Below are positions 53,254 to 64,000 of a stretch of DNA of 64,000 bases, piece after piece. Position 1 is the stretch's first letter; each line of letters begins with the position of its first letter. This DNA comes from Hemiscyllium ocellatum (taxonomy: Eukaryota), in NCBI RefSeq assembly GCF_020745735.1, contig NC_083414.1, positions 13,144,001 to 13,208,000 of the forward strand, given 5' to 3'. A program made the position numbers and the translations under genes. The notes beneath the pieces are model-generated. The model ran no database searches and had not been told where the DNA came from. It worked only from the letters and a program-made list of their open reading frames with translations.

Positions 53254-53747
53254 AATAATACATACAAAATACCCTGCAAGGACTGTAACAAACACTACAT
53301 CAGACAGGCAGGAAACCAGCCACCAGGATACACAAGTACCAACAAGCCATCAAACTACATGACCAACTATCCCTAGTATCCTTACACATAGACAAAGACG
53401 GACACCACTTCAACTGGGACAATACATCCATCCTCGGACAGGCTAAACAAAGACACGCACAGGAATTCCTAGAAGCCTGACATTCAAACCAGAACTCTGT
53501 CAATAAACACATTAATTTGGACCCCATTTACCAACCTGTGAGAAAAAGAACCAGTAATGATATCACCCACCATAACAGACCAAGAGACACAAATAGAAAG
53601 CAGGACAGAACACCAGCGCTTCACCGCAGACTCGCTGATGATGTTACCTAGCATGGTGACGAAACAGCCGAGAACAAACCTACCGGCTCAGTGAGCAAAC
53701 TTACAACCTGAACCTCAACCTGAGCTACAAATCATCTCAAAAATCGC
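53254..53747 (+). mobile_element. Older Poseidon-like Penelope 3' fragment
   Basis: YKIPCKDCNKHYIRQAG; HHR-like CTGATGA-T-GTTACC-TAGCAT-GGTGAC-GAAA at 53635 with a mutated cleavage triplet; same tail as 42485-42521. Confidence 0.85.
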
Positions 53748-56700
53748 AACTTTGGACTATATTCAGACTGGGCTTATTTTGATCTGACTGAAGTTTGAGG
53801 GATTGTGACAAAGTTGATGTGGAAAAGATCTCTTGTTGGTGAGCCTCGAACTACAGGCATTGTTTTAAGATTAGGCTTAGTGCTTTCAGGACAGATGAGA
53901 ATTTATTTTCTTTTAGAAGACTATGCAAATTTGGAACTCTCTTTACCTTAGAAGGCAGTGGAGAGAGAGTATTGACATAATTGTCAAGTGGACGTAGATT
54001 CTTATTAAGCAAGAAAAGCAAAAGTTATTGGGGATAGACTGAAATGTGGAATTAAGAGCAATAACAACAGGTCAGCCATCCTAGAATGGCAAAGCAGGCT
54101 TCAAGGGACAAAAGATCCATTTCTGCTCCTAATTCATAACTTTGTATGAAAACTAAAATCCATTTTGCTCCACTTTAGAAGCTAACTTCCCAAATAATAG
54201 TGTATTATGAGCCTTCAGTACAATGGAAAGTGCTACTACCCCAGATTATTTGTACGATTGAGCAGATTAGCCATTTCAAATGACATAAATAATGTGGCCC
54301 AGAAAAGGCAAGAACATTCATTGAACCAGTTGAGGTTTTCTGACATGTACATTTCTTGTTCAAGTTTCAAAGTTGCCAGTTTTCTTGAATTTAGTTACAT
54401 AAACATTGTATAACCTTGTGTATACCATATTTGGAATAGTGTAAACAGTTACAATGTATATATCAAGGATATAAAGAAACTGTAAGTGTGCAAAAGGAAA
54501 CTAAATTGCGAGTAGGACTGGGGCTAAGACTGTCTGGAAATAAAAAATTAGTAGAGCTCTTTGATTTATAGAACATCACAAAATAAGTTAATTGATGGCA
54601 CCTATTGAGATTTTCTCTGGAAACCTTTGATTTTTGGGGTCTACTTTTCTGTTTTGGGAGGATGACCTTTTCGTTCTATCTCCTCATTTGTTGGCTGATG
54701 CAGTCACTTAATATTACATTTCTTTTTTGTATTGACACGTGGAGTATTTGGACTCAAACAGAAGAATTCACCAATAATCTTAATCATAAACTTTCCATTA
54801 AACAGATGGCTAGAACACAAGGAAAACATTAATTTCATGGAGAGAGTATTTCAATTGGTACAAGGTAACATAAAATGTTAAAGGATTAACATTTGTTCTG
54901 TTGACATGTAAGAAATTGGATGTCCCGGGGCTTGTGTTTTTCTGTCTTGCAGACAGGATGTGACAATCTGATCATACTCTATAAATGCTGCAGTATAAGG
55001 AATAACCCAATCTCTCACTGTTTTAAGGAATAACCTAATCACTTTACATTGTTTTTGGGTGGTATGTAACTATGGGGGAGTGATAGGGGGTTGTGTCTTG
55101 CGTGCATGACTGACTGTGATGTAAAACCCTGTCTCAAGGGAGGATGGTTCCCTTGTTCAGGGATCTTTGCGATGTTTGTGGAGCATGTCAAACAAAGAGT
55201 GTTAAGTGATCTTCCAAAACCTGGTACTTAAATAAATTGTGGCTGTTCACAGAAGTTGGGAGTATTGCAGTTGAATCAAGTGGGTAGGAATCTCAAGAAG
55301 GAAACCTCACAAACGGGCATAAGTTATAAACAAAAGCTTCCCCCTCCCCTGCAGCCTCTCTCCCATGCCCCTCCCCAAACCACTTTGTCATTTTCTCTCC
55401 TGTATTACCCATGATCCCAATCAGCATAAATCTTGTAGCCTCCTTCTATATTCCCAAATAGCTCTTCCCCCAGCAGATAGAACTTCCAGCTTCAGCTGAA
55501 AGTGGTCCCCGATCCCAATGTTGGCTGGAGGCAGCCTCAAATCTCTGCCTCAGCAAAAAACCCCTTGGCCTTAAGGCTCCATTGGCATTTAATTTTCTAA
55601 TTCTTCCATTCACAGGTTGCTTTTTCTCCACCTTTGCTGATAGGCTTGCCACTAAAGCAGGACTTTTCAAAGTAGCGGTCATGAGCTGAAATTTTAGTCA
55701 TGCATTCTGATGCTATACTGGTTACTGTGGAAGCCTTGACAGGGTTATAACAGCTGCACTCCTGTTCCAACAGACACTGATCTCAGAGGGTTACAACAAA
55801 TTTTAAATCTCAAAAATAGGTGGCCTCCCAGTCTGACAGGATGAATTCCCAGCCTGGCGGGGTAGATTTGCAGTCTGGTGTGACATTCTTTAGGCCAGAA
55901 GTGGTGGTGTTTTGGTATGTGGCAGTCTTTCAGCCCTGTGTGGACATCACTTTCCTGGTGATTAAATGGTAATATGCATGGATTTGCAAGGTGTTTCCTC
56001 AGCCTTTAGAGTATTCAGACAGGACATGAGCAAAAGGAGTAAAAGAGAGAAACTCTGGGCTATGACTGGAACAACCCTGAGGGAAAGTTTGGCAGTGGGC
56101 TTTGGAGGAGGAAGGGAAGCAGTTAATTATGATTTTCATCTTTATCCAGGTTGTCACACAGCATGTATTGAACTTATCCTGTCTTATGTATGGAGAAGGT
56201 CCAAATTTAATTTACTAGGGTCAATAACTACAGGGAACAGGGAAGTTGATTGTTGCAAACAGTAAACTCAAAATAGTAATACTTCCTATTGTCAGCAAAC
56301 AGAAGTGGTAAAATGGCCTGTTGAAACAAAAAACTGAGCCATGTCATGTCTGTACTGTCCAGGCCTGGTTAGAACATGAAGTTATGTTCCCCACATAAAC
56401 CTCACTGTCACATAGCAGCAAATGTCTGTATTCAACAAAACTATATATGGATGCAACCAAATAAGATATGCGACTCACTCAATGTGTTCATCAGCCATAA
56501 CTAGAGTCACAAGCAGTCCTTGGAAATTTCTTATGATTAAGCTTCCCTTGTATCGAGTCAACAATATGACCTACATCAGAGGCTCACCTTCCAGATACTG
56601 TGCTACTTCCTTTGGAAGTTTGCACTCCATTAACACAGAAGTTCCTCAAGATCTTTATTTAACAGGGCATTTGCTTGTTTTAAGCACCCCCTTCCACACA

Positions 56701-57167
56701 TGGCACCTTGCACACATGTAAAATACCCTGAGATGTTATTTTACAGCAATATAAATTGTAAACTATTTTTACTACCAGAATAGTTTGATTAAAGTAACAG
56801 ATTACATAGAAGACTAGAAACAAAGTACAAAGTGCTGAAAATTTCAGAGCAGTTGATGTCAGCAGCTGACAGAAAAAGGTAGGTGAATGTATTGAAAAAG
56901 ATCCCTTCACTCGAACTCTTGAAAGCTGTGAGATCAATTTAAATTATCAGCCAAGGAAGAACTTAATCACAATTTTCTCTCAGGAAAAGTACGTTTAAGC
57001 TTGGCATATGAGCTTTGACAAGTTGTCTGTCAAATTTAACAGGAAAGAGTTGTTAAAAAATCAGAAGTGTCTCCTTGACTAGTTGACTGCAACTCTGATG
57101 GCGCACTAAGAAGCTTAAACAGCTTCCAGGTCAAATCAGCCTGCTTGATTGACACTCACCGACTACC

Positions 57168-57391
57168 GAGTAAAAAGTGAGGTCTGTAGATGCTGGAGAT
57201 CAGAGCTGAAAATGTGTTGCTGGTTAAAGCACAGCAGGTTAGGCAGCATCCAAGGAACAGGAAATTCGACGTTTCGGGCCAGAGCCCTTCATCAGGAATC
57301 CTGATGAAGGGCTCTGGCCCGAAACGTCGAATTTCCTGTTCCTTGGATGCTGCCTAACCTGCTGTGCTTTAACCAGCAACACATTTTCAGT
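57168..57391. mobile_element. 224-bp insertion containing a perfect 92-bp palindrome of two back-to-back hammerhead units
   Basis: Arms 57206-57297 and 57299-57390 are exact reverse complements with a 1-nt spacer. 38-nt tail; TSD ACTCACC(G/C)ACTACC at 57154-57167 and 57392-57405. Confidence 0.93.
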
Positions 57392-57697
57392 ACTCACCCA
57401 CTACCTTAAACATTCACTTTCTCCACCTGCAAATACACAGTCACAGCAGTGTATAACATCTACAACTTGCATTATCACCAACCAGTCTTGACAACAGCTT
57501 CCAATCTTGCAAACTCCAAGGACATTTTGGATAGAAGATCTGTAGGAGATGACCACTTGCAAGCCTCGAGCCTCCAATACCATCCTGACTATTTCGCCAT
57601 TCCTTTTACTGGGTTGAAATCATGAATCCTTACTTCATTATCGCATTGTGCACCTTGATAACAGTAAAGTCTCCAGTGGCCAATAAGGCAACTCACC

Positions 57698-58454
57698 TGT
57701 TACGAAGTTGAAAGAGTATATGTTCATTTTAAAATAGAGAGTGTTTTCTAAATTTTGGAGTGAATTTAATGTGCAGACTCAGCTGCCTGAACGGAATAGC
57801 TGGGAGACCGGCTGTTCCAAAATAGATACATGAAACAATTGACTGTGAAAGGGATACCTGAGTTTTGGATGCTGTTTTGACAACAATGCAAATTTAACCA
57901 TTTAATTTGAATTATGGCCAAGATACTAAAATCCAATTCCGTTTCAATGTATTGTTTTGACAACATTGGACATATGAGAGGATACAATGTTGTTGGGTAT
58001 AAAAATGCAGGCATTTGAAAATTGGTCAGAGCAACTGCCCACCTAACATCCCGCTCTCAAAGAAATAAGAAGACACTCTCTCTATCAAAGGGTATCTTTT
58101 CCTTTCCAAGCAGTATAAAGAAAGGAGACAACCCAGGGAGATCAGCTGATAGACAAATGAAGACAGCAGAGAAGACAAAGATTATGTGGACCTGAGATTA
58201 AGTTAATGTAATGTGTTATTGGAATATCATGTTAATAGGATTATGTTCCATTAAAGGAATAAGTGTTCACTTTGTTAATAGTTTTGTTTAGAGTTCACTA
58301 TTAAGAGTTAAGAAAATAAATTATTATTTTTCTTTAAATAGTGAAAATCCGGAGATTTCTGTCACTCACTACATTTTAACATGACGAGGCGAGGTGAGCT
58401 TTTCTAGGTATTTGGTTTTAATTAACAGAGGGGTTTGACCTCCGCATCATAACA
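57698..58454 (+). mobile_element. 5' LTR of a Gypsy (Gmr1-like) element
   Basis: TGTTACGA...TCATAACA termini; TATAAAA at ~57998; AATAAA at ~58315. Followed by a degenerate tRNA-Pro primer binding site TGTGGGCTCGTC (58458-58469; canonical TGGGGGCTCGTCC). Confidence 0.75.
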
Positions 58455-61090
58455 GTTTGTGGGCTCGTCATCTGAGATTTGTACAGGTTTGGACAGATCC
58501 AGTCTGGGATTTGGACAAGTTTAGATGAATCTGGATGGATTAGGTCCAGGATCTGGACGGATTTGGACAGATTTGAACAGATTTGGGGGACAAAAGGTCC
58601 CAGTAGATTGAACAGACTTAGAGATTAGTGTCCTAGATCTTTAAATAAAACTTAGATGAGAAAAATCAGTTTAATTTGGTTATTTGTTGCTTAGATTAAA
58701 AGTGAGGGAAATGGCTATTAAATTGCTCAAGAGGTTCTAGGATTTGATGATGCTTCCCGAATTTGCCAAGAAAGTTTAGAAAGATAGGAAGGAATTAGCT
58801 TTTAGAATTAGCAAACAGGTTAGAATTGGGTTTAACCATGGACAAAAGGAAATCTGAAATTGTCATGGAGTTGGTCAAGCACTTAAGTATATCAGATAAA
58901 CAGACAAGTGCAGAGAGTTAGAAAAACTTAAATTGTAAATGAGACAATTGGAATTAGAAGATAAAGAAAGAGAAAGAAGGGCTATGTTAGAAGAAAGGGA
59001 GAGAAAGTTCTTAGCTGAGCAAAAATAGAGAGAAGAAAGCGAAAGGGAAGAGAATTTGACCGAAGTTGTGAATTAGTCAGGCAAGTCAAGTTAACAGGAT
59101 GAAGATGAAGGGAGAAGATAAGGATGTACACAAATATATTAAACATTGCCACATTTTGATGAGAAACATGTCAAAGCCTTTTTTATTTCATTTGAAAATG
59201 TGGCTAGGCAGATGGAGTGACCAAAGAACTTACGTTGAGTTTGAAAGAATTAAACATAGCAATTTTGACAGGTGGGTGCAGGCCTTAAAAATAGATAAGA
59301 CATGTGAGGCTCTAAGAGAGATCATTCTGCTGGAGGAGTTTAAAAACTCACTTCCAAAGATGGTAAGAATTTATGTGGATGAACAGAAAGTTCAAGAAGT
59401 GAGAAGAGTGGCATAGATGGCGGAAGACTAAGCATTGGTGCATAAGGTGAAATTTAGTTTCCGACAGGAATTTCATCCTGTGAGGGATACAAATTGGGAT
59501 AAGGGGACTAGAAAACAAAAAGAACATTACCCTGGAAATAGATTACCACAGGTGAAAAAAGAAACCCAGGAGGGGTGAAAAAGTAGGTGAAAGGCCTCAG
59601 GTGTTTCCACTGTGGTAAGTTGGGACACATAAAGTACCAGTGCTATTCGTTGAAGAGAGGCATTGGGGAAAAAAAAGTGGTAAATGAGGCTAAGCCAGTG
59701 GGATTAGTAAAAGAACTAAAGGAAACCCCAAGAAAAGTCAAGGAGCTGCAGGAAACTGCAAAGTCGAAGCAGAGGCTGAGTATTGAGTTAGTGCCCGATC
59801 TCTAGAAAGACATTGCCTCCGTGAGTAACACTCAGACAGAGAAGGGAAATAAGTTATAATTTTAAGAGATACAGGATCTGGTCAATAAGAAATGAAAGTA
59901 TTTGCACTCTTTCTGACATGTTACCTGAGAGGATTATAATTTGTGGAATAGATGGACAGAAATTTAGCGTTCCCCTGTGTTAGATCAGGTTGGAGAGCCA
60001 AATCAAGACTGGGGAAGTAACAGTGGGAGTGATTGACAGAGTGACAGCTCCAGGAATACAGTTCATTCTTGGGAACGATCTGGCAGGATCCAAAATGGGA
60101 GCAACGCCCCTTGTGGTGAAGAAGCCGAAGGAAAACCAGGGAACTGAGGAATTAAAAGAAAAATACCCTGGATTATTTCCAGACTGTGTAGTAACAAGAT
60201 CCCACTGTCATAAGTTACAGCAAGAAGGAAAGACTAAAGAGAAAGACAAAGGAGTTGAGGTTCAGTTAGCTGACACCCTGTTTGAAATAATGGTATAGGA
60301 AAGAACTGAACAGGTAGAAGATCAGGCAGAGGTGTTTAGTCCTGAAAGACTAATGGACTTACAGCAGAAAGATAAGACAATAAAAGATATATATTATGAT
60401 GCATACTCAGAAAATGAATCAGAATGTATTCCCAAGGGTTATTAACTTATGGATAGAATCCTAAGATGAAATGGAGACCATGGCCAGTTAGTGCAGAGGA
60501 GAAATGGATGGGGTGCACTAGATTGTGTTGCCCGTAACATACAGACAGGAAGTATTACGGGTAGCACATGAATTACCAGTAGGATGTCATCTAGGTGGGA
60601 GAAAGACTCAGGCTAAGGTACAAAAGCACTTTTATTGGCCTGGACTGAGTAAGGACGTGGTTGAATTTTGCTGTACCTGTAAAATGTGCCAAAGGAAAAG
60701 AAAGCCATCAGAGAAACAGATGTTAGTTACTGCCCTGCAGAGTGAGGAGTCAAATCCAGATGACATGGATTTTGATGTGTTTCAAAATACATTAAATAAC
60801 AAGGAAGTCCTTGAAGAATGGGATAGGATGGTGAGGCATCTGTCTCAGGAGCAAAAAACTGAGTTAAAAGATTTGTTGCAGGAGTATGAAGGCATACGCA
60901 GGAATAGAATGGGGACAACTAATACTATTGTGAATGAGGTGGAAGTAGGAAATCCTGTTCTGATAAAACAACACTCCAACAGGCTTAATCCTCTCAAAAT
61001 CGCACAGGTCCAGGACAAAGTGGATGTGATGTTCAACAAAGACATCATTGAACCTAGTCAAATTTAGTGGAGTTTCTGATCATCTTAGTC
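58455..61090 (+). mobile_element. Degenerate Gmr1-like Gypsy internal region (gag with SCAN-like region and zinc knuckle, protease, integrase zinc finger, start of RT); 3' truncated
   Basis: FDRWV..LREIILLEEFKNSLP; CFHCGKLGHIKYQC; ILRDTGS (~59859-59879); HELPVGCHLG..FYWPGL..CCTCKMCQ; IKQH..RLNP..IIEPS. Confidence 0.85.
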
Positions 61091-61102
61091 CCAGCCCATT
61101 AC

Positions 61103-61555
61103 AGTCATAGAGATATACAGCATGGAAACAGACCTTTGGTCCAACTTGGACAAAGTGAGGGCTGCAAATGCTGGAGACAAGAGTCCAGAGTGGGGTGCTG
61201 GGAGAGCACAGCAAGTCAGGCAGCATCCAAGAAGAAGGAGAATCAACGTTTCGGGCAAGACCCCTTCATCAAGAGGCCTTTGGTCCAACTCGTCCATGCA
61301 GACCAGATATCCTAACCTAATCTAGTCCCATTTGCCAGCATTTGGCCCATATCCCTCTAAGCCCTTCCTATTCATATACCCTTCCAGATGCCTTTTAAAT
61401 GTTGTAACCGTACCAGCCTCCTCCACTACTCCCTCTTGCAGCTCATTCCATATGCGCATCATCCTCCTGCATGAAAAAAATTGCCCCTTAGGTCCCTTTT
61501 ATATCTTTCCTCTCTCACCCTAAACCTGTGCCCTCTAGTTGTGGACCCCACCACC
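61103..61555 (-). mobile_element. CR1 3' end with a nested solo HHR-family insertion (61147-61276, 14-bp TSD)
   Basis: CCTTTGGTCCAACT at 61133-61146 and 61277-61290 brackets a PLE-end copy. Confidence 0.85.
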
Positions 61556-61699
61556 CAGGGGGTGAAATTCTAGCTGGATGACCCAAGTTTACCTTCCAGG
61601 TCATTTCCGCTCCTGTTAGTCCGTGGAGGTAAATTCTGTTCATTCCCAAAGACGAGGGGCGGGGGAAGATAAATGATTTATGTTTGAATTTTAGTCAGG

Positions 61700-62450
61700 A
61701 CTTGTGTGAACACCGCCGGTTTGGTGTGGTGGGGAAAAGGGGACGGTGGTTGCTAAGCAACCGACTGTTTTTTTTGTGTGTGTACAGCGGCCGCCCCGCC
61801 CCCACGGCCTTGGATGACGCAATGACGTAGAGGGTGGTGGACGTTCGTCCCCTTCCCCTTCCCCCTCCCCCTACCACCCGGGGGGCGGGGCAGCGCGGTT
61901 GCGCATTTGGGAGGCCCGGTCGAGGGGGGGGTGGTGGCGGCGGCGCGCGTGCGCGTTGTATGGGGTTCACCCCTCACTCCACCAGCCCCGCCTCCCACAG
62001 GATTCGGTTCGCTCGCGCTCCTTCTCTTCACTCTTTCGGTGTCGGTGAGAGTAATGGCGGAAGGTGGCGTCCCGGATCTGGAGAGCCAGAAGAACGAGAT
62101 CGGGAACTTGTTGAATACCTCCCTCAAGAAAGGGGATTCGTGGTATGGGAAGGCTTCAGGAGTTTTGAGGGGGGTGGGTGGTCGTCGCGGCGGTGATTTA
62201 ACGCCTCAGGGTCAGGGTGAAGGCCGTGGGTAAGGCCCATTTCCCCCTTCTCTTCCTCCTCAGTCGCTGGGGCTGAAGCGAGGGATTGGGATAAAATGGG
62301 GCTTAGGGTGAGTCGGGACGTGAGGGTCAAATTTCTGGCAGAGCTGGGGTAGGGAGTAGGCCGGTTTGCCATGTGATGGGTATAGGCCTCGGGATTCCGG
62401 TAGTGAACCGACCCCCCCGGTCCCAGTGCGGCCCAGCTGGCGACCCTCCG
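61700..62450 (+). promoter_or_regulatory. CpG island / promoter of the USP4-USP15 family gene
   Basis: High GC and CpG content; GC boxes (CCCCGCCC ~61794, GGGGCGGG ~61882); tandem CRE-like TGACGCAATGACGTA at 61815-61829. Confidence 0.8.
62054..62142 (+). CDS. USP4: Ubiquitin-specific protease, USP4/USP15 family, first coding exon (89 nt; start of the DUSP domain). USP4 is favoured by neighbourhood; the peptide is USP15-like
   Basis: MAEGGVPDLESQKNEIGNLLNTSLKKGDS(W), TG|GTATGG donor. Compare USP15 MAEGGAADLDTQRSDIATLLKTSLRKGDTW and USP4 MAEGG..PDAETQKSELGPL. The family is secure; the paralogue is not. Confidence 0.7.
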
Positions 62451-63275
62451 CACAAACAGCATCTCTCTTTCCCCATTCCGGTGCAACAACGTGGCCTCCA
62501 AAGCCAGTACCTTACAACAATTTCCAGCCAAGAAAACACTAAACCCCGAAGGAGGCTGTTTTAAAAGGTTCCTTCCAACCTTAGACCGGATATTTCGAAA
62601 TATTAAGGTCTGTGATCCTACTCTGTTTATGTTGAGACTTGACTGCTCGCCAGCGGCCCGCAGCACGCACAGTTGTAATAACATTTTACTGTAAATGACA
62701 CTGCAGTTTTATGTGAACTTTGTTATACGCACAGCAATTTTTCCGACAGTTGGGAGGTTGCCAAATCATACTGTACCTTGCCCCATTTTGCCAGCTCCTT
62801 TTAATTTCTAAGAATATCTTAATACTTTCAATCTATTATTTCAAAGGAACTATCTTGTGACGGCTTTGTTTTACTTTTGGTAGTCAATCATTTTAAGAAT
62901 TTTATCCTTGTGGGTATGAATTTCAAGTTCGTTAGAACAGGAGAGAGCGCCATCTCTTAGCTGGTTTTACATCCTTAATGCATTTAAGAATTTTCACTTC
63001 AAGCACAACTCGCTTTTGATGGCCCAGCTGTTCCATTGTGGGAATTAAATTCACTGTTTATCGAAGTATTTTGTTGTTGCATGACTTGCATGGAATTAAG
63101 GGTGCATATGTTCCCAGAATAATTTTTTAAAAGTAGCATACTAATGCATTACTATGCCATGTACCTTTAATTAGCAAGCTCATTTTACTGTTGCAAACAG
63201 AAAGTAGGTACTTGCCCATGGAGAAAGGAAGAAAGAGGGTGTTGCTCTAGGCTCACCTTTCAGTGTTGACAGCTG

Positions 63276-64000
63276 TCATTCTTCAACCTGCTTTACGTTC
63301 AATGACAAGACCGACAAACAAATCAACAGGCCACCTATGAGATCACCATTATCAGGACTCTTAGCAGAAACAGTTATGCAGAGGTTAGAATGAACAGCTG
63401 TCCCCACAATCCAGCTCAACCTTTGAGTCCGTGATGTAAATGACACCTTTTTGTCGTAATAAAACAAAACAAATTTTATGAGACACATCCTTACTAGTAT
63501 AAAGCTCACAAAAGAGGAAGAGAACAACAACAGACTCCCCTTCCTAGACATCATAGTAGAATGAAAAGCTAATGGAGAGCTGCAGACCAGCGTTTACAGG
63601 AAAGCCACACACACTGACCAGATACTGAACTATAGGAGCAATCATCCCAACACCCACAAACAGAGCTACATTAAAGAATAAAGAACAAGCCACAATGCAC
63701 TGCAGCTCCCAAGAACTAAGAGCAGCCGAGAAAAAACACCTGTACAATGTATTCAGGAGCATCGGGTACCCGATAAGCGCAATCTGCAGATTCCTACGCA
63801 ACAAACTTCAACAAGAATTCACAACATACCCAGAGACTCTAGCGACCCTACCACACATTTAGGACATCTCAGAGATTACGACCAGACTACCATGGCCCCT
63901 ACGCATCATGGTAGTCCACAAAACTGCCAACACACAAACAGCTTATGATGAATTTAAAGGACCCCATACCAATACAAAACACCCTGCAAGGACTGCGACA
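63276..64000 (+). mobile_element. Degenerate Poseidon-like Penelope RT fragment (runs off the window end)
   Basis: EEENNNRLPFLDIIV, VYRKATHTDQILNYRSNHP and ..PCKDC remnants. Confidence 0.85.

Noticed and set aside
55065-55310. Solo LTR (TG...CA with AATAAA)
   Set aside because: No matching TSD and no second copy in the window; cannot be supported. The same applies to LTR-like stretches near 35560-36340 and 51880-53090.
58476-58590. CRISPR-like array
   Set aside because: Eukaryotic context; short degenerate tandem units without unique spacers.
61695-62684. Several overlapping Gly/Pro/Arg-rich ORFs
   Set aside because: GC-rich CpG island artefact; only 62054-62142 matches a protein family.

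Overview
Vertebrate genomic DNA, almost certainly from a cartilaginous fish (shark-type HE1-like V-SINEs, CR1/HER1-like LINEs, Deu-domain SINEs; inference). It holds three host genes. These are the first two coding exons of FANCD2 (minus strand), a complete 8-exon EMC3 gene (plus strand, 261 aa, head-to-head with FANCD2), and the CpG-island promoter plus first coding exon of a USP4/USP15-family deubiquitinase. The rest is mostly decayed retroelements: an L1/Tx1-like LINE, many CR1 fragments, SINEs, a Gmr1-type Gypsy LTR element and many Penelope-like elements (PLEs). The most striking unexplained structure is a recurring insertion architecture in at least two, probably three, PLE families. Each is a head-to-head palindrome bracketed by a single 13-15 bp target-site duplication (TSD). 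One arm is always 35-39 nt longer than the other, and most arms carry minimal type I hammerhead ribozyme (HHR) motifs. Sizes run from 155 bp to 3.5 kb, and about 90-140 bp solo HHR mini-insertions have their own TSDs. Exon, TSD and palindrome coordinates were read base by base; boundaries of old repeats are approximate.
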